64,000 bases of DNA from positions 9,499 through 73,498 of the forward strand of contig CAZOQB010000008.1 in assembly GCA_964581995.1 (NCBI GenBank), written 5' to 3'. Under the pieces are notes generated by a model. It did not search any database, had not been told where the DNA came from, and saw only the letters and a program-made list of their open reading frames with translations. Positions 60,282-64,000 of the stretch are shown here, one piece after another. Origin of the DNA: an uncultured Ignavibacteriaceae bacterium. Lineage in GTDB: Bacteria; Bacteroidota; Ignavibacteria; UBA10030; BY39. Each line of letters opens with the position of its first letter. Position 1 is the stretch's first letter. The position numbers and the translations under genes were made by a program.

Positions 60282-61313
60282 ATGACTTTATTTAAAACTT
60301 GCGCCATACTTTTTCTTATCTTAACTTTTTCCTCCTGCCGTGAAGTGAACCTTTCTGAATCTTTAAACACACCTCCAGGGGAACCTTCTAATCCAATTCC
60401 CGCTGATAAAGAAATCGGAGTTGGGCCAACTCCAACTCTAAATTGGATTAGCACAGACCCGGATATTGGAGATAGTATTTTTTTTGATATTTATTTCGGA
60501 GGACAAAATCCTCCAGAATCACTTGTTGCTGCAAATTGGAAATTAAATTCCTACCACATCTTCGGGCTCGATTCCAACAAAACTTATTTTTGGAAAATTG
60601 TTGCCAAAGATAATCACGGTGGAGTTACAGAAAGTAAAGTCTGGAGGTTTACTACATATCCAAGTATTCCCGTAAACGGACTGATCGCTTATTATCCATT
60701 CGAAGGTAATGCAAACGATTCAAGCGGAAATGGAAACAACGGAATTCTAAAAGGTAATTTTGAATTTGTAAACAGCATAAAAAATCAGGGCATTCGATTA
60801 ATCGCAGAAACCGGTTCGGATAGTTTAGGCGGACACGTTCTACTCCCGAATTTCTATTTTAAATCGATGAGCAGTTTCTCGTATTCGCTCTGGATATACG
60901 AAGACTTACTTTTAGGGGATGAATTTTACATTTTTATCAAAGATAATCCACATGCTGAAGATTATGCGGGAATTTTCCGCTCTAAAAGTATGAGCTATAT
61001 CGACTTTCAAGTTGGAGCTAACTCACAAAATCTGCCGTTGACGGTAAATTATCCATCGAACTTTAAAAATCATTATATCCATTACTGTTTAGTGTCCGAC
61101 AACGACACATTAAAGATGTTCATCAATGGAGCTTTCATAAAACAAAAATATCAGCCCGCAATTGTGGATGGAGCTTACTCAGCGATTGCTCGGCATTGGG
61201 TCGGCAACATTACTTACACCCGATTCACAGGAATTATCGATGAAGTGCGATTTTATAACCGGGCTTTGACTGATGTAGAGGTGAAAGCGTTGTATTTTGA
61301 ACCAGGTTTGTAG
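60282..61313 (+). CDS. Lipoprotein with FN3-like domain and LamG-like (concanavalin A-like lectin) domain
   Basis: 343 aa. Signal plus Cys (LTFSSC). FN3-like (PADKEIGVGPTPTLNWISTDPD...TYFWKIVAKDNHGG). LamG_3-like motif GLIAYYPFEGNANDSSGNGNNG and C-terminal IDEVRFYNRALTDVEV. Confidence 0.7.
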   Translation: MTLFKTCAILFLILTFSSCREVNLSESLNTPPGEPSNPIPADKEIGVGPTPTLNWISTDPDIGDSIFFDIYFGGQNPPESLVAANWKLNSYHIFGLDSNKTYFWKIVAKDNHGGVTESKVWRFTTYPSIPVNGLIAYYPFEGNANDSSGNGNNGILKGNFEFVNSIKNQGIRLIAETGSDSLGGHVLLPNFYFKSMSSFSYSLWIYEDLLLGDEFYIFIKDNPHAEDYAGIFRSKSMSYIDFQVGANSQNLPLTVNYPSNFKNHYIHYCLVSDNDTLKMFINGAFIKQKYQPAIVDGAYSAIARHWVGNITYTRFTGIIDEVRFYNRALTDVEVKALYFEPGL

Positions 61314-61637
61314 CAAGATGGAAAATTCGAGAACAAAAATTTACTTCGCGATCTTTGCCCAATGGTGATCGAGTCTTTGTAATAAGTCAATAAATGGAAC
61401 TCAACCCCTATCTGAGTTCAGGTATAATTCGAGGTTGACCAAAAAGGCATTTGTGAACCTTCGTGACTTGGTGACTTCGTGGCAATGAGTTCATTTAGTG
61501 TTAGTAAATTATATTTTTGCCACAAAGTCCCGAAGGCACAAAGCTGTACAATGAATAAATTTACTTTTTGGTCATCTCCGTCGGGGGATGAGTTCGAATA
61601 AAAAAAAATCAGCACAATAATTATAGGAGGAACTACA

Positions 61638-62594
61638 ATGAAAAAATTCACACATGCCTGGTTGGCTTTCAGGGCAATCAAAAGGTTAGAGGAGACAAAG
61701 TTCACAAAAACTGAGGATAAAGATACAGTAAAAGCGCTTATTAAATTCTTTAAAAACCACAAAGATGATGTTCTTCAGGGCGCCTGGTATCCTGATGACG
61801 TTATCAAGGATATGGCTTCAAGCCATGTACTCAAAATCTCACCGTCAACCGATGGCAATAACAGGTTTTGCGCACTACCTTCAACCTCTCTAATCTATAA
61901 ACATGGAAAGAAATCGCCGCTTTACAATAAACCTTTTACAACCGACAAGGATACAAACCTGCCAAATCGTTGCGAGGCTTTATCTCATTCGATTGTGGAT
62001 AATCTAAAAATACAGCAAAGCGAGAATAAAGGTTCGCCGGTTTCGCCATCGGGGAATCACATCGCACTAAGAATGTTTATGCTAAGCCATTACATAGCGG
62101 ACGCGCACATGCCTCTTCACTGCGACAGCCGATCATTTGCAAAAGGATTTGAGCTGCACGATGCAATCGAAAAATCCTGGGACGAAATAATCAAGAAACA
62201 TTTCATGATTGACAAAGACAATGATAGATTTTTCTACGACCCTGACGGTTATCCCCTTCGGGATTCGAAACAGGACGCGGATTATTTATCCTCTTTCCTT
62301 CACCAAGTTGACAAAGAGATTTCAAAAAGAGATTTCATTGTCGGTTATGGAGAAAACAACAACAACGTTTTCGAATTCATGACCGCAGTATGCCAGTTTT
62401 CTTATTTACTCTCCTTCAGCTTCATACCTGAGAACCAAGCCACATATTCTATCAAGAGCGATAACTGGAATAAGTTGGGCACTATTTCTTTTGAGGATTT
62501 ATCCATTGCCTCTTTTGCCGATGCAATCGATTCCATCTCTCGAATTTGGTTTAGGATATGGAGAAGATATTTAGACTGGAAAACGAAAAAATAA
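61638..62594 (+). CDS. Zinc-dependent phospholipase C / P1-nuclease superfamily protein, apparently cytoplasmic
   Basis: 318 aa. N-terminal HAWLAFRAIKRL resembles the PLC motif SHLWIVNRAI. SHYIADAHMPLHCD resembles the H-Y-L-G-D-x-x-Q-P-x-H zinc-ligand motif. No signal peptide. Confidence 0.45.
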   Translation: MKKFTHAWLAFRAIKRLEETKFTKTEDKDTVKALIKFFKNHKDDVLQGAWYPDDVIKDMASSHVLKISPSTDGNNRFCALPSTSLIYKHGKKSPLYNKPFTTDKDTNLPNRCEALSHSIVDNLKIQQSENKGSPVSPSGNHIALRMFMLSHYIADAHMPLHCDSRSFAKGFELHDAIEKSWDEIIKKHFMIDKDNDRFFYDPDGYPLRDSKQDADYLSSFLHQVDKEISKRDFIVGYGENNNNVFEFMTAVCQFSYLLSFSFIPENQATYSIKSDNWNKLGTISFEDLSIASFADAIDSISRIWFRIWRRYLDWKTKK

Positions 62595-62634
62595 ATATTT
62601 TGTGTATTATTAAAAACTTGCCTCCGATAATAAT

Positions 62635-64000
62635 TTATTTCTTAATAACTTCAAATACTAACTTAAGCAATTTTTCTGCAGTATAGGGTTTAAGTAAAAA
62701 CTTCACCGACTTTTGCTGTATGAATTCTACGCTCTGTTCCAACCCGCTCACCGCAAGAATTTTAACAACGGGATTCATGTTTCGTAGTGCCAGGATCGTA
62801 GCTTCACCACTCATGTACGGCATCATCATGTCGGTTATGACGAGAGCAATATTCTGAGCATGAGTTGCATACAGTGCTATTGCTTCTGTTCCGTCGTTTC
62901 CGGTGAGAACTCTGTATCCTGATGCCTCAAGTGTTTCTTTTGTGATCTCACGAATGGATGCTTCGTCATCTACCACAAGTATTAATTCGCCATTTCCCAA
63001 CGGAAGCTCTGATTTCTTCTCATCCTTTTCAATTGCCTGATACTTTATTTCAGCAGGTAAATAAAATTTAAATGTAGTTCCTTTGTTTTTCTCACTATAA
63101 ACATCGATAAAACCGCCATGATTTTTAATTATCGATCGTACTGTTGACAGTCCTAGCCCCGTTCCTTTTCCAATTTCTTTTGTTGTGAAGAACGGCTCGA
63201 AGATTCTTTCAAGTATCTCGTGAGGAATACCCGTACCTGTATCGGTAACTGATATTAGAACGTAATTACCGGCTTTTGCTTCAATCTGCATCCTTGCATA
63301 ATTTTCGTCTAGGCGAATATTTTCGGCAGAGATTGTAAGAGTTCCGCCGCTTGGCATGGCGTCTCTTGCATTCACAAAAGTATTCAACAATACCTGATGC
63401 ATCTGAGTTGGGTCTGCATTTATTAACCATAAATCTTTGGGTACATCGTTGCGGATTTGGATGTCCTTCTGAAATGTTTCTTGAGCAATCTTTACAATTT
63501 CGTTTATTACATGTCTGGGCTGGATTAAACCACGCTCACCCTCCACACCACGGCCAAACGCCAATACTTGTTTTACAATATCGGCTCCACGCTTTGCGCT
63601 TGTTCCCATCGTCTCAAGCATTCGCTGACTATCGGCATCGGTATGTTTTTTCCGTAGAATCTCAAGCGCCAGCATTATCGGCGCTAACACATTATTCAGA
63701 TCGTGTGCGATACCGCCGGCAAGTGTACCTATACTTTCCATCCGCTGAGAGCGGAGAAATTGCTGCTCCAACGATTTTTTCTCGGTTATGTCGCGGGAAA
63801 CAACCACCACGTTTGAAACTTTGCCTTTTTCATCACGGATAACACTGCCATTTGATTCAATGAAATGGATGCTTCCATCTTTCGCTACAAATCTGTATTC
63901 AGTTCGCTGTCCGATACCAGTCTCGACTGTCTGATTAAAAATGCGCTTGATTTTCTCTCTGTCGTCGGGGTGAATTTCTTGAAATGAATCCGTCCCCTCT
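62635..64000 (-). CDS. PAS sensor hybrid histidine kinase with C-terminal receiver; 5' end beyond window
   Basis: Frame is open to the window edge upstream of the listed M (…DGSIHFIESNGSVIRDEKGKVSNVVVVSRDITEKK = PAS). HisKA LAGGIAHDLNN. HATPase DTGTGIP and GTGLGLS. Receiver LVVDDE...ITDMMMP. Confidence 0.8.
   Translation of the reverse strand, partial: EGTDSFQEIHPDDREKIKRIFNQTVETGIGQRTEYRFVAKDGSIHFIESNGSVIRDEKGKVSNVVVVSRDITEKKSLEQQFLRSQRMESIGTLAGGIAHDLNNVLAPIMLALEILRKKHTDADSQRMLETMGTSAKRGADIVKQVLAFGRGVEGERGLIQPRHVINEIVKIAQETFQKDIQIRNDVPKDLWLINADPTQMHQVLLNTFVNARDAMPSGGTLTISAENIRLDENYARMQIEAKAGNYVLISVTDTGTGIPHEILERIFEPFFTTKEIGKGTGLGLSTVRSIIKNHGGFIDVYSEKNKGTTFKFYLPAEIKYQAIEKDEKKSELPLGNGELILVVDDEASIREITKETLEASGYRVLTGNDGTEAIALYATHAQNIALVITDMMMPYMSGEATILALRNMNPVVKILAVSGLEQSVEFIQQKSVKFLLKPYTAEKLLKLVFEVIKK

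Noticed and set aside
60053-60454. 133-aa minus-strand ORF overlapping the promoter and 5' end of the LamG lipoprotein gene
   Set aside because: It overlaps a well-supported + strand gene start and an AT-rich promoter-like region. Its translation is compositionally odd. Likely spurious.
61418-61762. 114-aa minus-strand ORF spanning the repeat-rich intergenic region and the start of the PLC-like gene
   Set aside because: It covers non-coding motif-rich DNA and the 5' end of a better-supported + strand gene. No features of a real protein.
1-64000. CRISPR arrays, rRNA genes, IS elements or transposases
   Set aside because: No regularly spaced direct repeats, no rRNA-like conserved stretches, and no transposase- or integrase-like ORFs were seen anywhere in the window. 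The only mobility-like signals are the two repeat-bracketed segments reported in the findings.

Overview
This 64-kb window looks like chromosomal DNA from a Gram-negative bacterium of the FCB group (Bacteroidota/Ignavibacteria-like). Pointers are T9SS-type C-terminal sorting domains, an SprA-sized giant outer-membrane protein, a PorX-like response regulator, DUF3078/DUF5686 outer-membrane proteins, and an atp operon lacking atpD/atpC. Coding density is high. Most of it is conserved housekeeping: panC-accD-tsaB-tsaE; an F0F1 ATP synthase operon atpZ/I-B-E-F-H-A-G preceded by an M23 peptidase plus bactofilin pair; mscL; a kdsA-kdsC-kdsD-lptC-lptA-lptB LPS cluster; yceD-rpmF-plsX-fabH-fabD-(Cys-rich ORF)-fabG-acpP-fabF-rnc; gcvPB; rsmE; ettA; pirin. 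T9SS-related genes are dispersed through the window: PorX (5883-7448), SprA (30520-37509), a T9SS-CTD multiheme cytochrome (51820-54105) and several secreted or lipoproteins. The most unusual stretch is a ~4.8-kb segment (49.4-54.3 kb) bracketed by an imperfect 40-bp direct repeat. It carries an AT-rich gene for a TIR/SEFIR-like domain fused to an unknown ~320-aa domain (candidate single-gene defence protein), a tandem-PepSY secreted protein, and a 6-7-heme c-type cytochrome with an FN3-like domain and a T9SS sorting tail. Other features of note are a GxxExxY nuclease-fold gene exactly bracketed by a 19/20-bp inverted repeat, a cysteine-rich ORF embedded in the fab operon, and a family of short intergenic motifs (AGTTGCCATTTT, TTCGTGGCAA). 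No rRNA, tRNA or CRISPR array was seen. All calls rest on reading the six-frame translations and the raw sequence by eye; no searches were run.
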